A stretch of 64,000 nucleotides of DNA from Vicugna vicugna (GCA_013265495.1 MU057989.1:573513-637512); one strand, 5' to 3'. Shown: positions 1 to 13,615, counted from the first letter of the stretch. A program made the numbers and translations. The notes: generated by a model from the letters alone, not told the origin.

Positions 1-165
1 GCTATACCCTTCCCACCCCCAGCTCTCCTTAAGTGAAGGAAGAAAGAAGGAAAAGAATCCAGTATCCAAGTTCAGCCCTCATCTCACTCACACTTGCTTT
101 TTATTGATGAAATTTCCATATTGTCCATGTAAATGAGACATCTGGGAGGATACCAAGACACTGGT

Positions 166-362
166 AACTAAACAACAGGTTTATACTAGATAGCACAGGG
201 AACCAAATTCAGTGTCTTAGTATTAACCTATGGAGAAGAGGAATATGAGAATGAATGTCTGTATGTTCCTGTGTGACTGAAGTACTGTGCTGTACACCAG
301 AAATTGACACAACATTGTAAACTGACTGTACTTCAATAAAAATATATTTAAAAAAATTTTTT
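166..362 (+). mobile_element. LINE-1 3' end fragment (artiodactyl/camelid type)
   Basis: Typical L1 3'UTR text (tagcacagggaac...ctgtacaccagaaattgacacaacattgtaaactgactgtacttcaataaaa) ending in an A-rich tail. Confidence 0.75.
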
Positions 363-836
363 TAAAGGGGGAAAAATGACACTGGTAGCCATGGTTACCT
401 GGAGAACTCTTGTTACTCAGAGTCACAGGGAGGCAAACTTACTTTTCACCCTATATCCTTTTATTCTGCTTTCAAATTTTTACCATGGGCATACATACGT
501 CTACAAAAGTGTTTATGTCAGAAAATCCCCCCCCCAAGTTAAACCAAAGCCAAAGTGTATTTACATCTGTAAAAATCATATAGTGATGAAATATAAATGG
601 TTAATAAAGGTAGGAAAAAGCGGTCAAACGTACTAAGAAATACACATTAAAAAAATGAGAACTTTTTCACTTAGATTGCAGAGAGGTAATGAAGGATAAT
701 ACCCCATGTTGGTGAGGACACGGGGACAGAAGGCGTCTCACACTTGGTGTGAGAATAAAGTAGTAAAACCTTTCTGGCAGGCAGTGTAGGGTTTGTTTTC
801 AAATTGAAAATGTCGTCAATTAAAAACAAGTTAACA

Positions 837-963
837 GGGAGGTGGCAGGAGAGTATAGCTCAAGTGGTAGAGTGCATGCTTATAATGCAGGAGGTCCTGG
901 GTGCAGTCCCCAGTGTCTCCTCTAAAAATAAATAAATAAACTCAATTACCCCCCCAAAAAAAC
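837..963 (+). mobile_element. tRNA-Ala-derived SINE (camelid Vic-1-like)
   Basis: tatagctcaagtggtagag A-box, degenerate B-box, (aaat)n, caattaccccc tail; aagttaac repeated on both flanks. Confidence 0.85.
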
Positions 964-1796
964 CTCAAACAAAAGTTAACCAACATTCTAGGAATTTTAC
1001 CTAAGGAAATTATCTGAAATGTGTGTGGGTTTTTATGCAAGGTTTTTAGTTGGCAATGCCGCTTACAACCTGAATGTCTGGGTTTTGGTGGGGAAACCTG
1101 ATTCCTGGCCCCTGCTACTCCACCCTCCTCAACCCCAGTCCATCTATGATACAGCAGTGATGTGATACAGTGGTGAGTAGGGCCCCTGGTGGCTGTGATC
1201 ACCTAGGGTTGGCAGAAAAGAGCAGTATCTGACTTTGTTCCTCTTGGGCAAGATGAGAGCCTGGGTACCAGAGAGGGAGAGGTGAAAATTAATATGCTTA
1301 ATATCTCCTTAATTTCTGGAAAGATCTTGGCCTTGGAAACTCGTGGAACTACAAAGAAAGTTAATTCTTATTTGTTACACTAAGTGTGTATCATCTCCAT
1401 CATTAGCCCAGTAGTTTAGCCAGGGTTTGGGAAGGGCAGAGCCTACATGTGGAGACGGTAGCTTGCTGCTCATCCTGGCCCAGAGGTGCCTGATTATCCA
1501 TCTCTGGGGCTGGGAGAGGGCTCTGCAGCTGAGAGGAGGCAGGAATTGAGGGCTTCCCTTCAAGTGCTCCATGGAGAACTGCTGCTTCTTGTCAGCTTGG
1601 AATGTGGCTAGAATACAGGAGTAGAGACCGCTGGCTCTCCCCACGGTTGTGCCTCTAGGTATCTCTCTGCTTGACCCATGGCCAGAGGGTAAAAACTATC
1701 AGGAGGAGGTAAGAGAAAAATAATAGTACACTTGAAGAGACTTGGCACTGAGAGGGAGGAGGAGCAGGCAGAACTCTCAGAATAAGCAGTTCTTGA

Positions 1797-1880
1797 GTGG
1801 GAGGATATAGCTCAGTGGTAGAGCACATGCTTAGCATGCATGAGGTCCTCGGTTCAAACCCCAGTACCTCCATCTAAAAA
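1797..1880 (+). mobile_element. tRNA-Ala-derived SINE, short form
   Basis: gatatagctcagtggtagagcacatgcttagcatgcatgaggtcctcggttcaaaccccagtacctcca plus A tail; imperfect TSD agcagttcttga / ggcagctcttga. Confidence 0.85.
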
Positions 1881-2642
1881 TCCAGGCAGCTCTTGATGAA
1901 ATATCACTTCTGAGGGAGACAGAGGACAGCTCTACCCAAATACGAATGACTGGAGGAGATTTGATCATAGCAAAACTTCCTGGAATTGAAAAGTATGTTT
2001 TGTTTTTAAATTAGTGTTCAGGAGATAAGTTGAAGGAGAAGATGGTCATCATAATGTTAGTGGTCTGATAGATCAAGTGGAAGAAATATCTCAAAACCCA
2101 CCAAAAATAGAAAGAGAAAAAGAAACCAGGAAGGCAAAAACTTGGAGGACCAATCAGTACTGACCTTGGTGTTGATTAGACCTTTCCTGAACCAATTCCT
2201 GTGGTCAGGAGATGCCCCTTCCCATATGCTGGGTTATCTGAGCCAATCACTGAGCCAAGGGAGAAGGAGCTGACCTTAACTGGTTAGGCCAATTAGGGAC
2301 CATTTTGTGGGTTGAGTCAATACCACCAACACAATGGGATAGGGTGGAATTTTTTTTCAGAGGACAACTACCTTAAATATCCCTTGTACTAACACATGGT
2401 ACCTGGCTGAAAGGATTGTCCTGAAGATAAATGACATCCTGTGTAAGATTCTTAACACAGTGCCCAGCACATAGTAAGCCCTAGAGAAATAATTATCATT
2501 ATTTTCTCATTTGTGTTTAAGAGGTGTTTGTAAAATTTGAATGGATATAGATGCCCTTCTCAGTTTTGACAATGAATCTTATAAGTGCTCGACATAAAAT
2601 CCTAGAATTGGCAGAATGTTGTTACTCAGCCATCACTTACAG

Positions 2643-2820
2643 AGTGCTTCTCAGACTTTAATGTGCCCAAGAATCAAATAGGGATCCTGTTCAATGCAGA
2701 TGCTTAGTTTAACGCAAATTCTGATTCAGTCTAGGTGAGGCCTGGGGGTCTGAATTTTAAACAAGCTCCGAGGTGATGCTGATGCTATTGGACCACAAGA
2801 CCACACTTTGAGTAGCAAGG
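2643..2820. mobile_element. MER5-like hAT-Charlie DNA transposon relic
   Basis: attctgattcagt...aacaagctc...ggtgatgctgatgct...gaccacactttgagtagcaagg resembles MER5A/B. Confidence 0.65.
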
Positions 2821-4199
2821 ACCTCGGAAGGGTTTTGCCTCTTCTGTGTGATTGAAGGGGCTTACCGCTGCCTTCATGCTCCATGGATAGACAGAGGAAG
2901 CATGAGGAACACATGCAATTTTCTTTTTTTTAAATCTCTTTTTAATTTAAAAATTTCAAACCTTCTGAGTATTTGAAAGAATAATGCAAACACCTATGTA
3001 CATTTTACCTAACTTAACCAATTATTCTTCCTAAGGATGTGCTGAAGAACTTAAGTTTCCCACATCACTTTTACTCTTGTCCATTGGTAAAAACTTTGGC
3101 ATATAGCCTCGCCTTGCTGCTAAGGGAGGCTAAGAAATGTAAGCCTAGGTTGACAGCTATTTGCCTGCTATAGGGGGTGCGCTTCTATTACTACAAGATT
3201 TGATAAAGCAGTTATTTTTTAAAAAGATGAAGGAAGAGCAGGAAGAGGAAGACAACGGATACCAGGGGACAAGCCATCTCTGACGCGCTGACTTGCTGAA
3301 TCTTGCAATCAGCTCTCTTCAAAGTGGATTCTGGAAAGACTGGAGCTAAATTTGCAGCCCATCTCTAGAAAGTATGTAGGACTTCAAAGTATGCATTTTA
3401 TACCCACCTCATTCTTGACTCTTCTATCCTCATTTATGTTAAAGCTTTTTTTTTTACAAATTTGATTGTAATTTAATAGTGATATGCTAAACGTAATTGT
3501 ATGAGTGTTTGAAGTGTCCTGAATGGACCCAAACAGGTTTACCACAGCACCTTTGCTTACAGTACCATGTTTGCAGCACTTAAAACTGTAAATCTACAGA
3601 GTTGTAAATGGTATTAAATTCATTTTCATTTTGCTATGATTTTTCAGCCTTTAAAAAAGTGGGAACTTCAGAAACTGTTACAAAAAGGAAATATAAATAC
3701 AGGCTGCTTTATACAAGTCAAGAGTCCAGCAACTGCTAACATATTATGTAGACAATAGAATATCCTTGTTTTATATCCCTTGTTACACTACTCTTGATCT
3801 ATTATACCAATTACCTTTAAAACTTCTAACCTCTTTAGATACATTTTCCTTGTCAAAATGTTAAAGAATATGTATTTAGTATTTATAAGATAGTGTGATT
3901 TTAGACTGTTTTGACGTGTGATAACATTTATTCTCTTGGATATGAATTAAATCCTTTTAGGGTTGATCATTTTAGCGTTCCGATTCCATCCTTTGGCTAT
4001 GTTACGACTGTATAAGTTATTTGAAGGCAAAGACTAAATCTCTTCTTTAAAGTTAACATCAGATTTTGCTCAATACGGGTCCTTTAGTAACAAAACTTGA
4101 GTTAGGTCTTGTGATATAGACCCTCTTGCAGCCTGAGGGCGACTGACCCCTGTCCACTGACACAGCGACAGCCGTAAACTGCCTTTCAGCAAAGACTGG

Positions 4200-5430
4200 A
4201 CTCTGGCTGCCGGCCAACGTCCGGTGCCAAGCGGGGTGGCGCCGCCAACTAGACGGCCGGGCCACCCAATCACGCTTCGCTGGTTCGACATCCCGCCAGC
4301 CGCCGGAACGTAAAAGCTCAAACCCCAAACCCAAACGAGGGGAGTGTTGGCTGATAACTGGAGGGCTGTGAGCAATCCCCGTCTTCGGGAGCCTCCAGGT
4401 CTCCCACAAACCCGGGGGACGCTCAGCTGAGCCCGAAGAGCCGGAGCCTGCCGGCTATCACCGCCGCCGCGCCCGGGGCGTCCACGCCCACCAGGCTCAG
4501 GTCCCGCCGGCCCTCTCTCCGCGCATCTGCCGGCCATCAGAGCCCCGCCCGCCTCCTGCAGACGCGCCCCCTGCAGACGCGCCCCCTGTCCCACTGCCGG
4601 CGCCCCCGCCTTTCCCGTATCCCGCTTCGCGAGAGGCCTGCCCACTCTTAAGATGGCGGCGACGGCGTCGGGAGAGGGCGACCCATGTGGGCTCCGGTGA
4701 CCAATGGGCTTCCGATCTGCGCCGCCGGCCTGGCGCGGGAGGCGGAAGTGCCTCAGGCCGCCGCCTCCGTCCCGGCTGCGGCCCCTACCGGTTACATAAC
4801 TCGTCGCGGGCTCCGCGCGGCCCCACTTCCTGGCTCCCAGGGACCCCAGGATGCGCTGAGCCCCACAACGCCGTCCGCTGCCGCCGGCTCCCGCCCGAGG
4901 TGAGTTCCCTCGGGCTCGGACCTGCAGTGAGGCGCCGGGCCCGGAGGGGGACGGGGATCATGGAGGGCAGGGGAGGAGTTCCCGTCCCGGGTGGGAGCGC
5001 ATTTGGGGCGCCCGCCGGGGCGAGGGGGCCCGAGGCGGACTTGGCGGAGCGCGGGACGGACAGTCAGTTCAAGGGAGGCCAGGGCGCGGCCCACGCCAGC
5101 CAGAGCCCAGACCTCTCCGCGGGGTTTCAGGGCCACCTCAGAGCTCGATCTCCCCGGGGTGAGGGGGCAGAGGCCCCAAGCCCCAGGCTGCGGAGGGGCC
5201 CGCTTCCCACCCTTTTGCCCGGGGCGCCTCCGTGCCAGGCCCCAGGACGAGTTCGTGGGGAAATTTGGAACCAGAGGGCAACCTGCCTCTTACAAGCCGC
5301 CGGTCTCGCGGGAGGTGAAGAGCCTGTCCTTTTTACAGTTCAGCGGTTTGCCGCCACCTCGCCTGGCCCTGCCTCTGCTTTGGGCTTTGGTACTTGTTGC
5401 ACAGACTGTAGTTATTCGCCGAGTTGTTTG
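4200..5430 (+). promoter_or_regulatory. NAA60: CpG-island promoter of NAA60
   Basis: Dense CpG/GC; CCAAT at 4266 and 4701, YY1 AAGATGGCGGC 4650-4660, ETS CGGAAGTG 4743-4750, TCGCGAGA 4627-4634 and TCTCGCGGGA 5304-5313 (BANP-like), D-box 4791-4800. Confidence 0.85.
4650..4899 (+). other. NAA60: NAA60 non-coding first exon (5' end uncertain)
   Basis: Strong donor GAG|GTGAGT at 4899/4900 inside the CpG island; the next coding exon has only 6 nt of 5'UTR after its acceptor. Confidence 0.7.
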
Positions 5431-8400
5431 TCCTCCTGTGAACTCCTGAAAGCCTGAGGCTTTTGAATCGTCTCCGCGTCTTACTCCTTCAGCTGTGCCT
5501 TTTGGTTAAGACAAATCAATTTCTTATGTTTTTGGTAGTATGCCGACTCCTACATCAACTCTGCCCTCCTCTGCCCAGTCAGGCATGTCCCAAGGAATAG
5601 AGGGAACCTGTAGCTTCTGTGGTTTGTCACCCTGGGAAGATTTTCAGGAAGACTTTGAGCCTTTTCCAGATCACTAACAACAAATATCTGTGTGCCCAGT
5701 GGGTGTCGGACCCCAGGACTTGGAGATGAGGCATTGGCTGTTTCATTGATTAGTTTTCACTCTGCCAAATCCTCAGGCCATACCATTTTGTTACTCATTT
5801 GTTCCGAACGAAAAGGATAACAGCCCCACAGAGTAGTTCTCTGCGGTACCTGAACTGGTTGGTGTTCATCAGAGCGTCAGAACTGGAAAGAACATTGTTG
5901 CTGGCTGCAGAGATTTTACAGGAGCACTAAAGGCAGAAAACTTCTAGTTAATGCTTAACTGAGTGAATTGGGAAAGTCACCGTGACTCCAGGTCCTCTAC
6001 AGAAATACCACACTCCATGTAGCACTTTGTGATACACAGACAAGTGTTAGAAATTCTTTAGCCAATAGTACTGGTTTGCAGGGTGGGAAGAAGGGAGGTT
6101 TTGAACAACACTGAATTAAAAGGGGCTGAGGCAATACAAATAAATACTCTCTTTTTTCAAAAATCCCTGTATTGCTTTAAGCTCAGAGAAGAAACTCAAG
6201 GGTGGCTGAAATAGAAGTCCCTGTCATCTTAACACATGTGCAGATCAGTCATGGCAGTACACATAGGTCTTCATCTCCCCTATTCTAGGAGCCTGTACCT
6301 GTTGAAGTTAACGTGCAATCTGGCCCTTTGAGAAAGTGGTGTTCTGTCTCATTTGGGTTATAAATTGCTGGAGTTCCATCTCACTGAGCTTGCACACGTG
6401 CTGGGTTTCTACGAAGACATTTAAAACCTGTAAGTAATGCAGTCAAGTCTTGGTGTGGTGTTAACAGGCCAGAATAAAAGATACAGACACTTTTTTAGAA
6501 GGTCTCTGTGTATCCTGTCTTTAGCCTCTCCCAGCTGTAACTCACAGTGACTTTGTCGCCATGTTTGTGTTAACCACACCCCGTCATAGACTTCAGATAT
6601 GACCTGTTGAAGTTGCTCAACAACAGCTTGCTTCTGGCTGGGATGGAAGAAAATTCTTGGATTTGAGGGATAAAAGACACTTACAGTTGGCCTAAGAAGG
6701 GTGATGCTGTCATTGCTGACCAGGTGCTCTGCCGGGCAGTGTCCCAGCCTTAGTGTACCTACTTGCAGAAATTTGCCCTCTGGCAGCCCGAGGTTTGTTT
6801 AGTCTGGGTGGACACAGCATTCCTTACCTTGCAGCAGCCACAGGGAACACAGTGTAGAGAAAACTCCTCGGAGCTCTGAGTTCAGGGCAGAGCTAAGATA
6901 GCCCAGGGGTCTTTGTTGGTGACAGCTCTCCTTCTAGAATAGAAAGCTGGCTGGTTATCAGGCAGTGTCTCCTCTTAAATGGTGACTCCTGCATCTCTGT
7001 GTCATACCTCCAGTGTCCCCCCAACCCCAGTCCATTTCTGGAAGGAATCCACAAAACCCTCATGGCTTTTCTACCTCAGTTCCTTGTTTGCAAGCTTGGG
7101 CTATAGACTCTGCTTCTGTCCGTGAGCAGTGCTTTCAAGCAAAGTGCTGATTTGCAAAACAATACTGAAGTCCTGGGTCTCTATCTGGCTAAATTCAAAT
7201 GTGGAATTTAATTCAGCAAATATTCGTGAGTGCCTTTGGTAACTCCAGAATCAGGCCTCTTTCCCTAAATATGATTCTTTTTAACATGACCTCTAGGAGC
7301 TGGCTGGCAGACACATGACCGAGCCTGGATAGTCAGGGAGAGGGGAAGTAACAGCAAATGAGGGCCAGTCTCTAGTCCCATCCTGTCCTTATCTCAGATT
7401 CCCCATCTCTTCCCCTGAGGCTGACTTCCTGCTCAAGCAGAGCCCAACACTCCAAATAACGGTGGCAAGGGCCACCTATGAGAATGACAATGTAAAGATT
7501 TTTAAATTTCTCTTCAAATTATAAGTAGAATGATTACCTATTGTGCCCCAAAATAGACTCTCTTATTGCCAACTTGTAAGCCCCAGACCTTGGAACAGCG
7601 TGGCATTTTGTGCCCTGATGCCAGAAATAGACATTCTAATACAGATTCATAGTTGTAAAGAAGCAAAAAGAAGCTGGTTGTGGAAGGGACAAATGTTTAT
7701 TCCCTTTGCTTCCACAGGAAGACCAGAGAAAAGTATTTTGTCATTTTTAAGAGACCACATTAAACAAGAAATTCTTTCAGTTCTGTTTCTTGTTGTATAG
7801 TTATTGCTATTAAAAGACAAATTGTGTTCCTCTTTTTTGTTTCCTACATTCCTGAAATAGGGCAGCAAAGGAGTGAAATTTGAGCCCCATCTTAAAAATA
7901 ACTGAGAAGAAAGCAACTTGATTTTATAAAATAGTCTTTGGGTAATTGTCCCTTAGCTACTGAAAAGAACTCTTATCTGGAAAGTGTTAATGCAACAATA
8001 TTTCCATCGTTCCCTAGCATTGGTGGGAATGCAATTTGCTACTTTTTTTAAACTTGTTTCTTTTTAGAAGATGACTCTTTCTGACTCTAGTTGTAAACTA
8101 TTTAGAAGGTTTTGCTGGTCAGAAATTTGTTGCGCTTTCTACTCTTAGATTCAGATTACCCTATTGCTTCTCCTCTGGCCTCCCATTTTTAACCTTTTTG
8201 TTGGACTATACGTATAGAAAACTGCGCGGCTGGACCAGTGGTCATAAGGGTATGGGAGTTTAAAAGTTGGCACGAAGAGAGTCTATTTGGGGGCACAGTG
8301 GGTAACCATTCTACTTATAATTTGAAGAGACTCTGTGAAATTCCCAAGTTGTTACCAATTGAATACAGCCCATGAGATTATTATAATTTAAAGAGTGTAT

Positions 8401-11400
8401 TCATAATTTTCACATACTACCTGAAAGCCTTCATTTTTCCCCCCTGAGGATTAAAAAAAACCCTCCAAGCTCATTGTTTTTCTTAAAAAAAAAAAAAAAG
8501 CTCAAATGATACAGAAGTGAGCACTCTAACACAGACATCTGCCATCATTCCAGAGGCAAATGGTGACAGGAGGTTGAACTTCTTTTTAAAAATCATTTTT
8601 GTTACAAAAGTTAACCTCATGATCATGTGTTAATTTATACCAAATTTGACCCACTTTCATGTTTAATATCTTTGTGATTCTGAAGGATCTTAAATGCCAG
8701 CCCTGGAGAAGCAGAGATTAAAAAAAAAAAACCATCCAACAATAAAACTCCACAGAGTGGGATGGAAAAAGCAGAGATGGGGGACTAGTTCACTGAAGGG
8801 GCAGCGATGAGGGGCAGGCAGTTTTCTGAAACCTGATTCCCCTGTAGCTTTGCTTTTCTCCCTCAAATTGAGACCCTCTGTCCGGTTCACCCTGTGCCCC
8901 AGGCAGTGCTGAGGGTACTTACAGCCACTGAAGTTCTCTGTGGAAGGACCAGCTCGCTCTTAGTGGGGTTGGAGCCCTCGGCAGGGTCCTTTCTCAGGTG
9001 TCAGTCATGGATGTGCATGTAATACATACATTTTACTACTGGTAAGTGCATACATTTACCACCCTCCCAGCTCCCAAATATAGTATTTACAGGTGGTTTT
9101 GTTTGTTTTGTTTTTAAACCCAACTGGCTGACCCAGTCCCTCCATCTGATCTGAAAGTTAACATTCTTCATGGCCCTGTCCTAGATGACCAAGATCCCAG
9201 ATTAAAAAGCCACGGGGCCAAGGCACCTCTTCCCCAGCCATCCTTGTGGCCCATCCATCCCAGGCCCAGCTCCGTTCGCTTTGAGCTCTGATCGCATCCT
9301 GCAGCGGGAGCGTGCGGGCTGGCGGCTGGGGCTCATCTGTGCTCATCTGTACCCTCACTTCCATTCCAGGAAGAAGAGACCTGCCCGAAACTTTGAGGCA
9401 AGGGGCCCTTGAGGTCTGCTCTTGGCTCCATGTCTCTGGTCCTCAGTTCAGTGGCCCTTTTTCTCCCAGGTCATGTTCTTTTCTCTGTTTCCGTTGTCTG
9501 TGCTCGTCTCTCCCCAAACCTGGGCTCTTGTTCCCCAGATCTGACCGAGTGGGGCCACAGAAGGTGAGCAGTCCTTGGGCTCCCACCCACATCCAGATCT
9601 CCTTCCAGGTTCTGCTCTGATGTCAGTCCCTGGAACAACCACGGGATTCTGCCTTTGGATGGAGCATGGGGGTTGCGGGTGGCACATGTGCACGTGGCCA
9701 GGGACCCAGCCCTCCACACCTGATCATTTTACCATGGATGTAAGGGAAACAAGCAAAACAGTAAGATAAAATTTAAAACAAAATAAGATCTGTCTCATTT
9801 TGGGACACGATGTAAACGCAGGAGGCCCTGAGGTGCAAGATACTTTGTCTCTGCCTTCTCATCCTCCAGCACCTTGTGACGGCCGAGTTCCTGGTGCAGG
9901 TCCCCGAAGTTTGCTGGCCCCCAGCAGTCAGCACCCTTTACAGAGGGCTTCCTTCTCAGTGCCTGGCAGGTGTTTTGCACGTGTCATATGAGGGCTTTGA
10001 TCTCCATCCCCACTTCACAGCCCTCCCTGTGGCCAAGGGCCCACGCACAGCAGGCAGAGCTGGGCAGTTCATCTGAGCCCAGATCTGTGCGGCCTAGAAG
10101 CCTTGCCGTTCCCTGGACTCTGCTGCCTCCTGCTTCACAGGCCCTTTAAGAAACTCATGAATCAATGATCCCTTTTGTTTGTTTGTGGAGAGGGCATGAC
10201 CCAAAGCACATGGAGCACATGGAGCATTTCAGTCCTCTTCTTTGTTCCGCCTCCCAGAACTCAATTTGGGGAGGCAGAGCAAATAGTCAAGAAAAACATC
10301 TTGATTGATGCAAGGGGATTGATTCCCTGCCTTTTCTTGTGGCTGAGGGAGAAGAGCATCGCTTCCCACAGTGGTGGTGGCCCCTCCCTGCCCAGCCTGG
10401 TGGACAGCACTTTTCATGTTCACCGATGTACTATTCGCCACAGGATTCCTTGAGGAGAAAGAGTGGTTTCTGAGCATATTTAGGCAGAAAAACACGCACC
10501 CTGCCACTCCCAGTGGGACCCCCCCCCATTATGCTCTTTGCTATGACCCTAGTACCTGGAGCAGGGTCTGGGTTCTCAGTACTGTTTGGGGTAAATAAAT
10601 AACTAAATGAAGTCTCCATATGGAATTGGCGGGGAGAGATGTAGAACCTTTGGCCCAGTGGAAAGAATGGGCTGGGCCTGGGAGTGCTCCACGACCACCT
10701 GTTGTTGACTTATTTTTAAACTGAAGGATAGTTAACATGCAGCCAAGTGCTCGGATGTGAAGCATGCAGATCCACCCGCTTGATGCCTAAAGGAGAGATG
10801 GAACGTCACTGTCGGGCAGCAGGCTGCCTTTCGCCCCCTCAGTGTCTCGTCTGTGCCCCCCTTTACCGCCTTCTGATTTCTGTCACCAGTGAGTCCTTTA
10901 GCCAGTTTCAGAATTTTACACAAGTGGAATCCTCCACTGTTATCAGGTTGTGTTTGAAGGAATGTGTCTTTGTGTGTGACGAATATATGAGCTCCCCTCA
11001 GCGTGATGGAGTGGGTTTTAAGAGGGAGACTGTTGGGAACTGGAGTGCTGGGTGTTTGTTTCTGGTCACCCAGTGAATTATTCATGTTCCTCCCACTCTG
11101 AGGTTTGGGAGGGAGCCCAGGCTGCTGTGGAGACAGCTCACTCCCTCACGAGCAGCTGCTCACTTGAACAGACGAGTGGTGATGAACGCTCACTGTTTCC
11201 CTCACATGCCACTTTGAGCCCTTCAGCCCATCTTACTGATGTGCAAGGCAGTGTCCTGTACTCATCACTGGCTTATTTCTTCTTTTCTGCATCATCCATC
11301 CTGGCTCAGAGTCCTCTGTTGTTGGATTTTTGAAGCTGATTAGCCTGGTGTCTGCAGAATTTCGCACTCGCCAGGGCCAGTGGTCTTTAGTTTCTGTGCT

Positions 11401-13495
11401 GTGGACGAGTGTGTGCTCATCGTCCCTGAAGCTCTGCTGGAGAAGCAGCTTGGGGCACCCGGGAAAGACCAGGGCTGTGCTGGGTCATGGGTGAAGGGAG
11501 CCCAGGGTCCGGGAAGGGGATTGAGGGTGATGTGAGCTTTAGTGAGTTAGGGGAGGTGATCCTGGAGGGAGGCTGCTGGATTGCAGAGATGGGAAGCTGT
11601 CAGTGCATTGTCACCACGTGCTGGAGCAGAGCCAGGCCAAAGGGCAGGTGGGGCGGCAACGGGGCAGGAAAGGGGCAGCAGAGGCGATACCGCAGGCCGT
11701 TTCATGGAAGGAAGAGGCGGGCGCGGGAGACTTGTCCAGGAGCGCATGCACGATGCGCTTACAGCCCATCGGAGGGGCGTTGTGTGAAAGAGAAAATTGA
11801 AAATGTTGGAGAAGAGGGTGCTTGGGCCAGGGAGGGAGGGGATGTGGAGCTGGGCCAGGGACCACGGTGGCCCTTGAAAGTTGCCGTCTCATTTATCTTC
11901 CCCGCCAGATATGAGAACTGAAGCACAGAGTGGACAGCGGGACTGGGGTTTGACCCAGGGTCACGGTGACTCCAGCATCCCTACAGGCTCTGGGAGTACA
12001 TGGAAGGCACAGGTCCAGAGCACAGGTGGAGGGTGGCCTAGGCTTGGCAAGGAGAAAGGACCCTTGTGAACCAACAGGAGCTAAAGAAGAGAAGGAAGGG
12101 AGGGTTTTAGGGGCGACGGGAGGTGCAGTGTGGTCACGGCGTGCCTGAGCACTGGGAGTCTGCTCAGGTCAGGAGTGCAGTCCAGAGCACTTCTCAAGCC
12201 ATTGAGAGGCCGGGGGCAGGTTTTAAAAGTTAAATATGGCTTGTCTGGGACCAAAAAGCAGTCTTTGAAGAAGAGACCCTGTGGACCTGGAGCATCAAGA
12301 CACTGTCTGCAAAGGGGAGTGGTTTCCAGGAAATAGGATTGTTTTCTGGCTTTCTTACTTGGGTGGGAGTGGAATGGTCCATGGGCATCATGATAGTGCC
12401 AGGAAACCCCTCCAGAAACTGGAACAGTCCCATTCTGAGCCACCAGGTTCTGAATCCCCAACTCTTGGCAGTGGGAGGGGGATGGAAGATGCTCCTGTGG
12501 ATGCTGGCTTCCCCTCTGTCCCTTTGGCTGGGCCCTCAGAGGTGCCTGGAACATGTGGTTGGTGAGGGGACACCCAGGTGATGAGGTACCACCCCTTCCA
12601 GCCACTGTGGAGTCTTCAGGGAACAGCAGCCTTCAGTATAGGGACCTGAGAGGTCACTTCAGTCCAGAAGGAAGGTGAGGCCCTCAGATAGCCCCCAGGG
12701 ATAAGGTCTGGGGAAGGAAAAAGGACAGATGGAGAGGTGAGCAGGCACACCCCCTCATCAGATCTTGGAGAATCTGGCTTCTGTCCTTCCTAGAATTGGT
12801 CCACTTACATACCCCTTAAGGCCAAGGACAGGACACAGACCCAGGAAACCTGAAGAGAACTCTCACTGCAGCCTGAACTTTGCAGCTTCATGTTGTAACT
12901 TAAAAACTGAGATGAGCTTCACATTCTCCTGTACAGTGTGTCCCTGCTGTTGTAGTGTAGACGTGTCTGTGTCTTTGTGGGAGAATGTGCCAAAAGATGG
13001 CCTATGTGCCTGGCTTCAGTGCCCGTCCACCGGCACCTTGGGGCTTGGAACAGAGGCCTGCCTTAGGGGCTCTGCTCTGGCTTCACCCGCTGGTCTCTAC
13101 TCTCATGTGTGTTCAGAAGCCTTGTCCTTTAAGCCCTGAAGGGTAGCCCATGGCAATAGGAGATCGGTACTTGGTTGAAGGTTCTGGATGGACAAGTGGG
13201 GTCCCCACAGGTGCTAGATGTCAGTCCCCTGGCCTCTCCCCCCACAGTGGCCCAGCCACGGGCCACACCAGCCTCCTGCCTGCAGCGCCACCATCTAGAA
13301 CTCGCCCTCTCTGACACTGTTCCATTCTCTCACGGCACCTGGGTGCCACATGCTCTGTTTCCAGAGCCTTCCTGTCTCCTTTTCCATGCCTGTCTGTTGT
13401 GGTGGGACAGGTTAGGCACTATAATATGCTGCATTTTCCCTTAGTTAAATGAGAAGTCTTCCTATTTTTAAATCAAGTCATCTAAGGAACTGGCC

Positions 13496-13615
13496 GGGGG
13501 AGGAAGGTATAGCTCAGCGTTGGAGTTCATGACAGCATTCAGAAGGTCCTGGTTTCAATCCCCAGTACCTCCACTAAAAAAATAAACCTAATTACCCTCC
13601 CCCTAAGAAAAAGAA
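13496..13615 (+). mobile_element. tRNA-Ala-derived SINE, diverged
   Basis: ggtatagctcag...ggtttcaatccccagtacctccactaaaaaaataaacctaattaccc; TSD gaactggcc on both sides. Confidence 0.8.

Noticed and set aside
1..4650. ZNF597 exons on the - strand from a bidirectional promoter
   Set aside because: No KRAB, zinc-finger or ZNF597-like N-terminal coding sequence found; this island looks like the downstream NAA60 promoter, with ZNF597 probably outside the window
4059..5457. Long ORFs of 114-256 aa on both strands at the NAA60 promoter
   Set aside because: Low-complexity Gly/Ala/Pro/Arg translations expected from a stop-poor CpG island; no recognisable domain
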